DNA from: an uncultured bacterium
GTDB lineage: Bacteria; Auribacterota; JACPWU01
Direction: 5' to 3'
DNA length: 32,000 nt
Assembly (NCBI GenBank): GCA_964640155.1
Contig: CAZXEQ010000001.1
Location: forward strand, 576,403-608,402
Of this stretch, positions 15,171-22,895 are shown in pieces (the first letter of the stretch is position 1; each line of letters begins with the position of its first letter). A program made the position numbers and the translations under genes. The notes beneath the pieces are model-generated. The model ran no database searches, was not told the DNA's origin, and saw only the letters and a program-made list of their open reading frames with translations.

Positions 15171-16850
15171 CTATTGTTGAAGTTCCAAATCGTTCCATAT
15201 AGAAATCATCTTTTGACCATTTCGATCCTTTTTGGAACCGTCCCAAATCGCAAATGCAACATTTAAAGGAGTTCCAAGTTCAAATTGCAATCTTTCTTTT
15301 TCCTTGGTCTTCAGCTTTCTTTTGAATACCACTTGCCATGTCCCATCCCTCCAAATTCCATGAGCCTCGATGTTTTCAAACTGGGGTTTCATCGTTGTCA
15401 GAGTTCCCAGCCCCTTGGCGCGGGCTTCTTCAGCTGAAGATTTACTCAGGGGATTTGAAAGAGGATTTCCAGCGCCCCACCCCGTAATAAATTTGGGGTC
15501 ATGAAATTGAGTCTTAGAATCCTTTGTTTCAAACGGACTGCCATACTCATAGTTCTTTTGGGCCTCGTACCAATCCGTCGCAGTATTTGGGTATTGCATT
15601 TCAACATCTTTCCATTCCTTCATGTCTTCCTGCCGAGATGCCTTCCAATGCCAGATGGATACTGCACTTTGAGCACTCCCCATTCCAAAAAAAGGCGGAT
15701 CTTCTTCCGTAGAAAATTGAATGGCGGCCCCATCTGAAAAAGACTGCGGATTTAATGTCGAGATATCCTTAGTCCGATCTTTCCAACTTAAGCGAATCTC
15801 GATTTCTTCTTCATTATACGAGACGCTCACATCAACACCCTCAATCCTGTCGTCTCTCCACCATAATGGGGTTAAAGCAACAAAGGAAGGCTTTGCCGTT
15901 TTCCAGTAAGCCGCTTGAGGATTGAGATCCAGTTTCTCCTTTGTTTTTACAGCAATGATCGTCATCCGACGTATGATAGAACGCTCCTCGGCCCCTGGTT
16001 GCGGAAGGGTTTGCACAAAATGAATTAAATCCCAGATCTGATCTTCTTTAAGAGCTTTGGCGTAACTTGGCATGGGAGAGCCCGGTAAACCTGCAACGAT
16101 CCGATCATAAAGAGCGCTCGAATTTGATTCCCCTTTAAAAATGCCAGATGTAAGGTCTCTGGGTTTAGTGGGAAAGCCCAAACTGTCCTTCATCGTTTGC
16201 TGTCCATCTCCCTTACCTTCCTGGCCATGACAAGAAGCGCACGCCTTTACAAAAAGTTCTTTCCCCCGCTGAACACTCTGTGGATTGGCCGGAGATTCAT
16301 TCGGCACTTGAATCACAGTTTTGGGATCCACGGACGTCGTCAGCATTTTCTCGATTGTCTTCCAAGAAACCTCCTTCACATCCGGGGAAATCTCTCCCGT
16401 CTTCACGTGATTTTGATATTCTGCCAAATACCTCACGTAATAGACCAAGGCCCAGCGGTCTTGATCACTCAAGTGCTCCCAAGAAGGCATCGAAGAACCC
16501 GGCATTCCCCTCGTAATCGTCTTGAACAAGTCTTCGTTGGTTGCCTTCATTTGAGTTGTCGAGACCAAACGAAATTCATTTCGCGTAAAATCACGCGGTT
16601 TCGGATAAAGAAGATAAGAGGCTTGGCCCTCCCCCGCTCCTTTCTCCCCATGACAAACCGCGCATTGTTTTTCAAACAAGGCCTTACCCTTCATAAATGC
16701 TTCCCGTGTCGGAACGGGTTTTTCAACGAGAAATGTATCAGCGCTTCTTTCGGATTCTTGCGCAAAAACAAAAAGGGGGAAAGCCGTAAATAATAAGAAA
16801 ACGCAAAGGCAGGTCACTTGCACAAAAATTCTTTTGCGGCCTTGAATCAC
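15171..16850 (-). CDS. nxrC: Fused gamma subunit: Sec signal, two class-I c-type cytochrome domains, and a C-terminal EbdC/NxrC-like haem-b domain
   Basis: The signal peptide ends ...FPLFVFA-QE. Two CxxCH motifs (CAVCH, CASCH) each have a downstream Met-Pro motif (GSSMPSW, GSPMPSY). The C-terminal ~260 aa resemble the type II DMSOR haem-b gamma subunit (AAIQFS...FFGMGS...VSIWHWKA...NVAFAIWDGS). There is no C-terminal TM anchor. GTG start is preceded by AGAGGG. Confidence 0.8.
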   Translation of the reverse strand: MIQGRKRIFVQVTCLCVFLLFTAFPLFVFAQESERSADTFLVEKPVPTREAFMKGKALFEKQCAVCHGEKGAGEGQASYLLYPKPRDFTRNEFRLVSTTQMKATNEDLFKTITRGMPGSSMPSWEHLSDQDRWALVYYVRYLAEYQNHVKTGEISPDVKEVSWKTIEKMLTTSVDPKTVIQVPNESPANPQSVQRGKELFVKACASCHGQEGKGDGQQTMKDSLGFPTKPRDLTSGIFKGESNSSALYDRIVAGLPGSPMPSYAKALKEDQIWDLIHFVQTLPQPGAEERSIIRRMTIIAVKTKEKLDLNPQAAYWKTAKPSFVALTPLWWRDDRIEGVDVSVSYNEEEIEIRLSWKDRTKDISTLNPQSFSDGAAIQFSTEEDPPFFGMGSAQSAVSIWHWKASRQEDMKEWKDVEMQYPNTATDWYEAQKNYEYGSPFETKDSKTQFHDPKFITGWGAGNPLSNPLSKSSAEEARAKGLGTLTTMKPQFENIEAHGIWRDGTWQVVFKRKLKTKEKERLQFELGTPLNVAFAIWDGSKKDRNGQKMISIWNDLELQQ

Positions 16851-16920
16851 TGGAAAGCCCTCTTTAAAGTTGTATAAATATTTCAGAGTTTAATTTTCCA
16901 TGATTTACAATGAGATAGAC

Positions 16921-16934
16921 ATGATCTAAATCAT
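16921..16934. promoter_or_regulatory. FNR/CRP-family-like palindrome ATGAT-CTAA-ATCAT upstream of the nxr-like operon
   Basis: A perfect 5-4-5 palindrome with a TGAT-N4-ATCA core. Its centre lies 77.5 nt upstream of the gamma-subunit GTG. -10-like hexamers GAAAAT and TAAACT follow 22 and 28 nt downstream on the minus strand. It is a near-identical twin of the site at 7983-7996. Confidence 0.45.
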
Positions 16935-16953
16935 ATTTATAATTTTTAATAAT

Positions 16954-17158
16954 TTAATCCTTATGGAAATGATACAAAATTCTCTCTCGATTCTCATTTT
17001 CCTCATCACCCTTAAAATAAATTTCTGTCAATGTGATAATATCTTGCACTTCATCATATCCGTAAATAACTCGAAACCTGAGTCCATTCCTCTTCCTTTT
17101 CCTTTAAGAGACCTGCAGGCGAATTTCTGAGATGATTGCTAGGAAGGCGAAAAGTCAT
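16954..17158 (-). pseudogene. Possible frameshifted RelE/ParE- or HigB(Gp49)-like toxin remnant
   Basis: One frame reads MTFRLPSNHLRNSPAGLLKEKEEEW... A frame shifted by one base continues NGLRFRVIYGYDEVQDIITLTEIYFKGDEENENRERILYHFHKD, stop at 16954-16956. The RFRVIY...I.L..IY.K pattern is reminiscent of RelE-superfamily toxins. This is a weak call made by eye. Confidence 0.3.
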
Positions 17159-17423
17159 TTTAACTTTTATGTACCAGTAGGATAAAATGGTTAGGTGAGT
17201 GTGCCTAGTCTCCTTTTCAAAAACGAGAGCGTCACGTTCTCCATCTTTATCTGGGGCTTCTTTGCGATGACAATAAAGTAGTACCGGTCTTGTTATAAAA
17301 TAATAAAAGGGGACAAACACACCTTTTGCAGAGGTTTTAATTTATGATATTCTAATTAGATATTTCCTTGAGACCTAAAGGAGATTTTCCCTTTTAGAAT
17401 ATAAAAAACAAATAGGATTAAAA

Positions 17424-18392
17424 ATGATCGTTGTTACAGGTGGCGCAGGGTTTATTGGAAGTGCTATGGTGGCCAAGCTCAATGAGAAGGCTATCACAGA
17501 TATTCTCATTGTGGATGATTTAGGCTCTTCATCTAAATGGAAAAATCTGATTGGGAAAAATTTTAAAGATTATCTGCATAAAGATCATTTCATAGATTCT
17601 GCTATCAATGACAGACTACCGAAAATTGAAGCTATTTTCCATATGGGGGCAAACTCTTCTACCACAGAAGCTGATGTTGACCATTTGATGGAAAATAATT
17701 ATCGCTATACCAAAATATTGTCCGAATGGTGCATTAGAAAGAAAACACGCTTCATTTATGCCAGCAGTGGTGCTACCTATGGAGACGGATCCCATGGCTT
17801 CAGCGATGAAGATGAAACTACTTTCAAACTTTCTCCCCTGAATGCTTATGGTTATTCAAAACAGATTCTTGATCTTTGGCTCTTGCGAAATCATCTCGAC
17901 AACAAAGTTGTTGGTATAAAATTTTTTAATGTATTTGGACCCAATGAATATCATAAAGGAGAGATGCGCAGCCTGGTATGCAAAGCCTATGAGCAAATCC
18001 AAGAAACGGGCAAAGTTCGACTTTTTAAATCCTATAAACCTGAATATCTGCATGGAGAACAACTTCGTGATTTTGTGTATATCAAAGATTGTACGGAAGT
18101 TTTATGGTGGTTTTTAAACGCTCCTAAAATCAATGGAATTTTTAATTTAGGAACGGGACATGCGAGGTCATGGAATGACTTAGCAAAAGCAATCTTCTCG
18201 GCGCTTTCTCTCCCCCAAAAAATTGAATACATAGATATGCCTGAAATTTTAATGCCGATGTATCAGTATCGAACCGAAGCAGAAATTAAAAAATTGAAAA
18301 ATGTGGGATGTCCTGTACAATTTCAAACCTTAGAAGATTCGGTAAAAGACTATGTGCAGAATTTCTTGCATCCGAAAAAGAGATATTTATAA
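17424..18392 (+). CDS. hldD: ADP-L-glycero-D-manno-heptose 6-epimerase
   Basis: Close full-length resemblance to E. coli HldD/RfaD (MIVVTGGAGFIGS...ITDILIVDDL...EAIFHMGANSSTTE...YGYSK...FFNVFGPNEYHKG...GIFNLGTG). Confidence 0.9.
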   Translation: MIVVTGGAGFIGSAMVAKLNEKAITDILIVDDLGSSSKWKNLIGKNFKDYLHKDHFIDSAINDRLPKIEAIFHMGANSSTTEADVDHLMENNYRYTKILSEWCIRKKTRFIYASSGATYGDGSHGFSDEDETTFKLSPLNAYGYSKQILDLWLLRNHLDNKVVGIKFFNVFGPNEYHKGEMRSLVCKAYEQIQETGKVRLFKSYKPEYLHGEQLRDFVYIKDCTEVLWWFLNAPKINGIFNLGTGHARSWNDLAKAIFSALSLPQKIEYIDMPEILMPMYQYRTEAEIKKLKNVGCPVQFQTLEDSVKDYVQNFLHPKKRYL

Positions 18393-18447
18393 TGGTTTTC
18401 AACTTTAGATTTAGTTCCAACAATTTTCTTATATAAAAGGAAAGAAA

Positions 18448-19479
18448 ATGAAAAAGAAAGTTCTTTTAAAAGAAGTAATTCAACAAGTGGATGCCACAAA
18501 ATTTGATGCAACAGCAATCATTGATGCCATGCGCGAAATGTCTTTTAGCTCACGAGATACGGCACGTGCAGCCGATATTTTTTCTAGGATGATTGCCCAT
18601 AAAGATTGCACCATCTTTTTATCTCTTGCAGGTAGTACCAGTGCAGGGGGTTGTATGAATGTATATTCAGATATGATCAAATACAACATGATTGACGCTG
18701 TCGTTGCAACCGGGGCTTCCATTGTCGATATGGATTTCTTTGAAGCACTAGGCTTCAAACATTATAAAGGAACTCCTTTTATAGATGACTCTATGCTTCG
18801 CAACAACTATGTCGATCGTATTTATGACACTTTTATTGATGAAGAAGAATTACAGGCTTGTGATGCTACAATTAAAAAGATCACAGATACTCTTGAACCT
18901 CGTCCCTACTCTTCTAGAGAGTTCATACGAGAAATGGGGAAATATTTACAGAAATTTTCAAAGAAGAAAAATTCTTTGGTCCAACTTGCTTATGAAAACA
19001 ATATCCCCATTTTTTGTCCTGCTTTTACAGATTCAAGTGCTGGTTTTGGTTTGGTCATGCATCAACATGAGAGAATCAAACAGGGAAAACCCTATGTTTC
19101 CATTGATTCTGTAAAAGATTTTTATGAGCTGACACAAATCAAAATGAAGGCAAAAACTTCGGGTTTATTTATGATTGGTGGAGGCGTTCCCAAAAATTTT
19201 ATTCAGGATACCGTCGTTTGCGCGGAATGTTTAGGCGTGGAAGTCCCCATGCATCAATATGCCATACAGATTACGGTTGCAGATGTCCGTGATGGCGCCT
19301 GTTCTAGTTCTACATTGAAAGAAGCCAGTTCATGGGGGAAAGTGGATACCATCTATGAACAAATGGTTTATGCAGAAGCTACAACAGTTGTCCCCTTGAT
19401 TTTCAGTTATCTGTATCACAATGCGGATTGGAAAAAACGTAAGAAATTCCAATGGACTCAGATGTTTGAAGGAAAGTAA
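18448..19479 (+). CDS. Deoxyhypusine synthase-like protein (bacterial DHS family)
   Basis: The size (343 aa) and motifs are typical of the DHS family (FLSLAGSTSAGGC, DAVVATGASIVDMD, MIGGGVPKNF, SWGK). Confidence 0.7.
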   Translation: MKKKVLLKEVIQQVDATKFDATAIIDAMREMSFSSRDTARAADIFSRMIAHKDCTIFLSLAGSTSAGGCMNVYSDMIKYNMIDAVVATGASIVDMDFFEALGFKHYKGTPFIDDSMLRNNYVDRIYDTFIDEEELQACDATIKKITDTLEPRPYSSREFIREMGKYLQKFSKKKNSLVQLAYENNIPIFCPAFTDSSAGFGLVMHQHERIKQGKPYVSIDSVKDFYELTQIKMKAKTSGLFMIGGGVPKNFIQDTVVCAECLGVEVPMHQYAIQITVADVRDGACSSSTLKEASSWGKVDTIYEQMVYAEATTVVPLIFSYLYHNADWKKRKKFQWTQMFEGK

Positions 19480-19486
19480 AAGTATG

Positions 19487-19620
19487 TATAAAAGCGTGTA
19501 CTTTATATATGCGGGTGACACTCGGCGGGGAGCCCCGCCGCGCGCAATTTTTTATGAGCACGGTGGGGCTGACGAGTGGCAGGCCCTGCTACTTTTTTAA
19601 AAGTACACCCTTTTAATTAC
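19487..19620. repeat. Structured intergenic repeat, copy A (~134 nt, long imperfect hairpin with terminal inverted repeats)
   Basis: It aligns without gaps to 24482-24615; I counted 109/134 identities. The closing helix is aagcgtgtact (19492-19502) with agtacaccctt (19602-19612). An inner helix pairs cactcg (19519-19524) with cgagtg (19573-19578). Another pairs AGCCCC (19531-19536) with GGGGCT (19565-19570). It starts 8 nt after the DHS-like stop codon. Confidence 0.75.
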
Positions 19621-19675
19621 AATATCAAGAAAGTAAAAGAACTCTTATCTCCTTTAAAAATCAATTCCGCTCTGC

Positions 19676-19681
19676 TATAAT
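19676..19681 (+). promoter_or_regulatory. Candidate -10 box (TATAAT) placed for a leaderless pilT transcript
   Basis: A perfect TATAAT ends 6 nt before the pilT ATG (19688). There is no SD between them and no in-frame alternative ATG before the conserved ASDLHL region. Confidence 0.35.
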
Positions 19682-19687
19682 GATGTC

Positions 19688-20809
19688 ATGAGCGATTTTC
19701 TCAAGAGTGAGACGTCGATTCAGCATTTTGAAGATTTGTGTCGTCTTGTAAAAAAACTCAAGGCTTCTGATCTTCATCTTCAAGTAGGTTCTCCTCCTAT
19801 CTTGCGCATTGCAGGAGCCCCTAAAAGACTAGATTGTCCCCCTGTCACCCCAGAAATGATTGAAGGATGGGTTCGTGAATTTTTATCTCCAGAACAATTT
19901 GATCTCCTTAAGAAGAAAAGAGATTTTGATCATGGATATTCTGTTCCTGGTGAAGGGAGAATGAGAATCAATCTCTTTTTCCAAAGAGGATATTTAAGTT
20001 TAGCAGGTCGTTTTGTGCAAACTTACATTCCTACCATGGAGGAGCTATATCTTCCAAAAGTTCTTGAAAATATCGCCAATCTCCATGATGGCATGGTGAT
20101 TTTATCGGGGGTTACTGGAAGCGGAAAATCTACAAGCCTTGCCTCTATGATCGAATACATTAATCAAAATAAAGCCTGTCATATTTTGACCATTGAAGAC
20201 CCTATTGAATATCTCTATACAAACAAAAAGGCCTTTATCAATCAAAGAGAAGTGGGTATTGATACTCTTTCTTTTCATGATGGGCTTAAATATGCTCTTC
20301 GTGAAGATCCGGATATTATGCTCATTGGAGAAATGAGAGATTCTGAAACCGTAGAGTTTGGTTTGAATGCAGCAGAAACAGGACATTTGGTTTTTGCTAC
20401 TCTCCACAGTGGAAATGCAGCACAAACCATTGGAAGAATCATTGATCTTTTCCCACCCGAACAACATTTTCAGATTCGGCAAAGCCTTCAATTCAATTTA
20501 AGAGCTGTTATCAATCAAAAACTTTTACCTTCTATCAAAGAAGGAGTTCCCCGTGTTCCTGCTGTTGAAGTCATGATTGTAGACCCCACAGTTCGCGAAC
20601 TCATTCGAAAAGGAGAAGATATTAAAATACACAATGCGATTCGTGCAGGGGCAGGCCTAGGAATGCAAGATTTCAATCGTTCTTTACTTGAACTCATGCA
20701 AAAAGAAATGATCTCTGAAGAAGTTGCTTTACGAGTATCTCCTAATCCAGAAACTCTTAGAATGAATTTACGAGGGATATTTCTGGATGATGACAAGGCG
20801 ATTTTTTAA
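19688..20809 (+). CDS. pilT: Type IV pilus retraction ATPase PilT family
   Basis: Contains the ASDLHLQVGSPPILRI motif, Walker A GVTGSGKST, LTIEDPIEY, the Walker B/Asp box DPDIMLIGEMRD, and the His box ETGHLVFATLH. Confidence 0.9.
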   Translation: MSDFLKSETSIQHFEDLCRLVKKLKASDLHLQVGSPPILRIAGAPKRLDCPPVTPEMIEGWVREFLSPEQFDLLKKKRDFDHGYSVPGEGRMRINLFFQRGYLSLAGRFVQTYIPTMEELYLPKVLENIANLHDGMVILSGVTGSGKSTSLASMIEYINQNKACHILTIEDPIEYLYTNKKAFINQREVGIDTLSFHDGLKYALREDPDIMLIGEMRDSETVEFGLNAAETGHLVFATLHSGNAAQTIGRIIDLFPPEQHFQIRQSLQFNLRAVINQKLLPSIKEGVPRVPAVEVMIVDPTVRELIRKGEDIKIHNAIRAGAGLGMQDFNRSLLELMQKEMISEEVALRVSPNPETLRMNLRGIFLDDDKAIF

Positions 20810-20848
20810 ACTGGAAATACTCTACCGTACTGGCAAACATGAATTTAT

Positions 20849-21937
20849 TCATATTGATGTACTGCCTAGGAGTTTCTGGATTTTTTCTTGAATCAAAATA
20901 GAAAATTGTTCCAAAGACTTTTTTTTTTCGTCTACAGCTTTTTCGGGGCCTGTTAATTCCAAATCACAAATAAAAATCCCTTGTGTAAAAATAAGTTTTT
21001 GAGTCATCGACCCTTCCTTAGAAATCCAAAATCCTTTTTTGTCTGGAGTATCTATCAAAACATCTCTTAATTTTTTACGATAAAGATGCAAGGCCCTTTC
21101 AGCTTGCCCCACAGAGGGATATGCATATAAAACAACTTGAACAGACGAACCCTTTTCTAACTTCACAGGCTCTTTTTGATAAGTCCTTCCATCTACCAAA
21201 AGCTCTCCTCTCGATTCCTTAGGAAAAGTCTCTGTTATTTTCCACTCGGAAACATTCTCAGAGAGCTCTACGGGCAAAGGGAAAATATCAGAAATAGAAA
21301 CCTCCTTCGCAAATTTTTCAAAAGGGGCTTTAACAGGAGGTTCTTCAGGAATATGTTGGGGTAAAGAACGAATAAATGCCTCTTTAGAAAAAACCTGAAA
21401 CACTTCTTCAAAAATAGCCCAAGCATCCGCGTCCAGTTTTAATCTTTCATCTTTAAGAGTCAACATTTCAGGGCCAAAGAGGATTTCAATGGCATCTTGT
21501 GAATGCGTTAAAACTAACTTACCTTCTTTCACAATATAGGAAGCCAAATAGGCCCGATACATTTTGTTCCCTATCCCGTCCACCGTAACAATTTTAAATC
21601 CTTGTCTTCGATAGGTTTTAAGATGCTTTTGAAGAACTTTTTCCAAGGGACGAGGATGAAGCGCCAAAAGCCATTGGACATAACCTTTTTCCGTCCCCTC
21701 GTTTAATTCATAAAAAGCTCTATCTGCAACGCCAAAAATTTGATAATCCTCTCCCGGAGCTTTAACACTCGCAAACACTTCTTGAGACCAACCTAAGCGA
21801 GCAGCCAAATCACGCAAATAAGAAACAATATCTCCACTTTGATGCTCTGCCCACAGCTTTCCTCCCATAAAAAGAAGCAGAGTAAAAATACTGCTTATGA
21901 ATCTTAGTCTATGAAACAAGCTTGTCATATTCATCAT
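20849..21937 (-). CDS. Hypothetical secreted protein
   Basis: A long ORF with an N-terminal signal-like segment (MMNMTSLFHRLRFISSIFTLLLFMGGKLWAEH). The start is placed at ATG 21937 after GGGGAG, where the track uses an upstream TTG. I recognise no domain. Confidence 0.55.
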   Translation of the reverse strand: MMNMTSLFHRLRFISSIFTLLLFMGGKLWAEHQSGDIVSYLRDLAARLGWSQEVFASVKAPGEDYQIFGVADRAFYELNEGTEKGYVQWLLALHPRPLEKVLQKHLKTYRRQGFKIVTVDGIGNKMYRAYLASYIVKEGKLVLTHSQDAIEILFGPEMLTLKDERLKLDADAWAIFEEVFQVFSKEAFIRSLPQHIPEEPPVKAPFEKFAKEVSISDIFPLPVELSENVSEWKITETFPKESRGELLVDGRTYQKEPVKLEKGSSVQVVLYAYPSVGQAERALHLYRKKLRDVLIDTPDKKGFWISKEGSMTQKLIFTQGIFICDLELTGPEKAVDEKKKSLEQFSILIQEKIQKLLGSTSI

Positions 21938-22895
21938 CAATCTCCCCAACAATTTCCTCAACAATATCCTCCATGGTTACAACACCCATGATCTTTCCAG
22001 AAATATCTGTCACAATTCCCATATAGCGCCCATTTTTCTTCATCGCTTTTAAAACCTCCCCAATGGGACTGGTCGATGCAACACGAAAAGGAATCTTCAT
22101 TACATCTGCGATAGGAGTTTTGTCTTCTTGTCCTATCAAATCCATAGCATGAACTGTCCCTACAATTTGTGAAGGATGTCGATTATAAATGGGAATTCTC
22201 GAAAAGGCTGTGTCAAAAATTTTTCGTTTTACGTCTGCTACCGTTACTTCGATAGGACAAGAGACAACCTCTTTGAGTGGAACCATAATATCTCGAATAC
22301 GTGTGCGATGAAAATCAAAAACCCCGACAACCATATTTTCTTGAGTTTGGTCTAAAACTTTCTTGCCGGCACCACGAAAAATAAGTTTTAATTCATCACG
22401 GGTAAAATAAGGTTTTTCCAAATCACTTCTTCCTCCTAGAATTCGATTCACAGTATGAGACAAGAACTCAATCAATTTAATAAAAGGATAAAAAATAAAA
22501 TAAGTTATTTTAAGAGCAGGTACACCCCAAAGCGCCATTTTCATAGGATAGGTTAGCGCTAAACTCATAGGAACAAATTCTCCGAACAAGAGAATGAGAG
22601 GCCACAGCGCCAAAGTTGAAATCAAAGGAGCTATGGCAGGACTAAAAAATTGCCCCATTAAACTAGCCGTTAAAGAAGCACTTACCACCACAGCTACATT
22701 GACCCCAATCATCGTTGCAGCAAGATAATTTACAGGTTTTGCTAAAAAATGATTGACCCATCGGGCTTTTAAATTTTTTTGATCTGCCAAATGGCGAATG
22801 CGAACTCGATCACAAGATAAAAGAGCGATTTCTAGTCCCGCGAAAAAAGCCTGAAACATCACACAAAGAAGAATGGCTAAAACATAGAAGATCAT
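21909..22895 (-). CDS. DUF21/CNNM transmembrane domain plus CBS-pair protein (HlyC/CorC-type transporter family, no CorC C-terminal domain)
   Basis: Four N-terminal TM helices with the GLEIALLS motif, followed by a CBS pair (IMVPLKEV...IPIY...GIVTMEDIVEEIVGEI). Confidence 0.75.
   Translation of the reverse strand: MIFYVLAILLCVMFQAFFAGLEIALLSCDRVRIRHLADQKNLKARWVNHFLAKPVNYLAATMIGVNVAVVVSASLTASLMGQFFSPAIAPLISTLALWPLILLFGEFVPMSLALTYPMKMALWGVPALKITYFIFYPFIKLIEFLSHTVNRILGGRSDLEKPYFTRDELKLIFRGAGKKVLDQTQENMVVGVFDFHRTRIRDIMVPLKEVVSCPIEVTVADVKRKIFDTAFSRIPIYNRHPSQIVGTVHAMDLIGQEDKTPIADVMKIPFRVASTSPIGEVLKAMKKNGRYMGIVTDISGKIMGVVTMEDIVEEIVGEIDDEYDKLVS

Noticed and set aside
17054-17320. An 88-aa ORF taken as an intact gene
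   Set aside because: It has no family resemblance over its N-terminal two thirds. Its 3' end is better explained as part of a frameshifted RelE-like remnant.
16851-17423. A direct repeat of the tRNA-Ala 3' end (att-like site) at the far border of the proposed island
   Set aside because: No match to the tRNA 3' segment (GGTTCGATCCCGATCAGCTCCACCA) was visible by eye. The island hypothesis therefore rests on composition and gene content only.
19556-19592. A hammerhead-ribozyme-like CUGACGAG / UGAUGAG core inside the repeat
   Set aside because: No GAAA follows a plausible stem II, and no stem I/III arrangement with a UH cleavage site could be built in either copy or on either strand.
19509-19616. 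A small-peptide reading of the structured repeat (copy A MRVTLGGEPRRAQFFMSTVGLTSGRPCYFFKSTPF; copy B MRVMLGGEPHRAQLLMSTLGLTSS..., part of track ORF 24357..24656)
   Set aside because: There is no SD before the ATG. Most differences between copies are non-synonymous, and the C-termini diverge. The paired substitutions are better explained by conserved base pairing. A coding role is not fully excluded.
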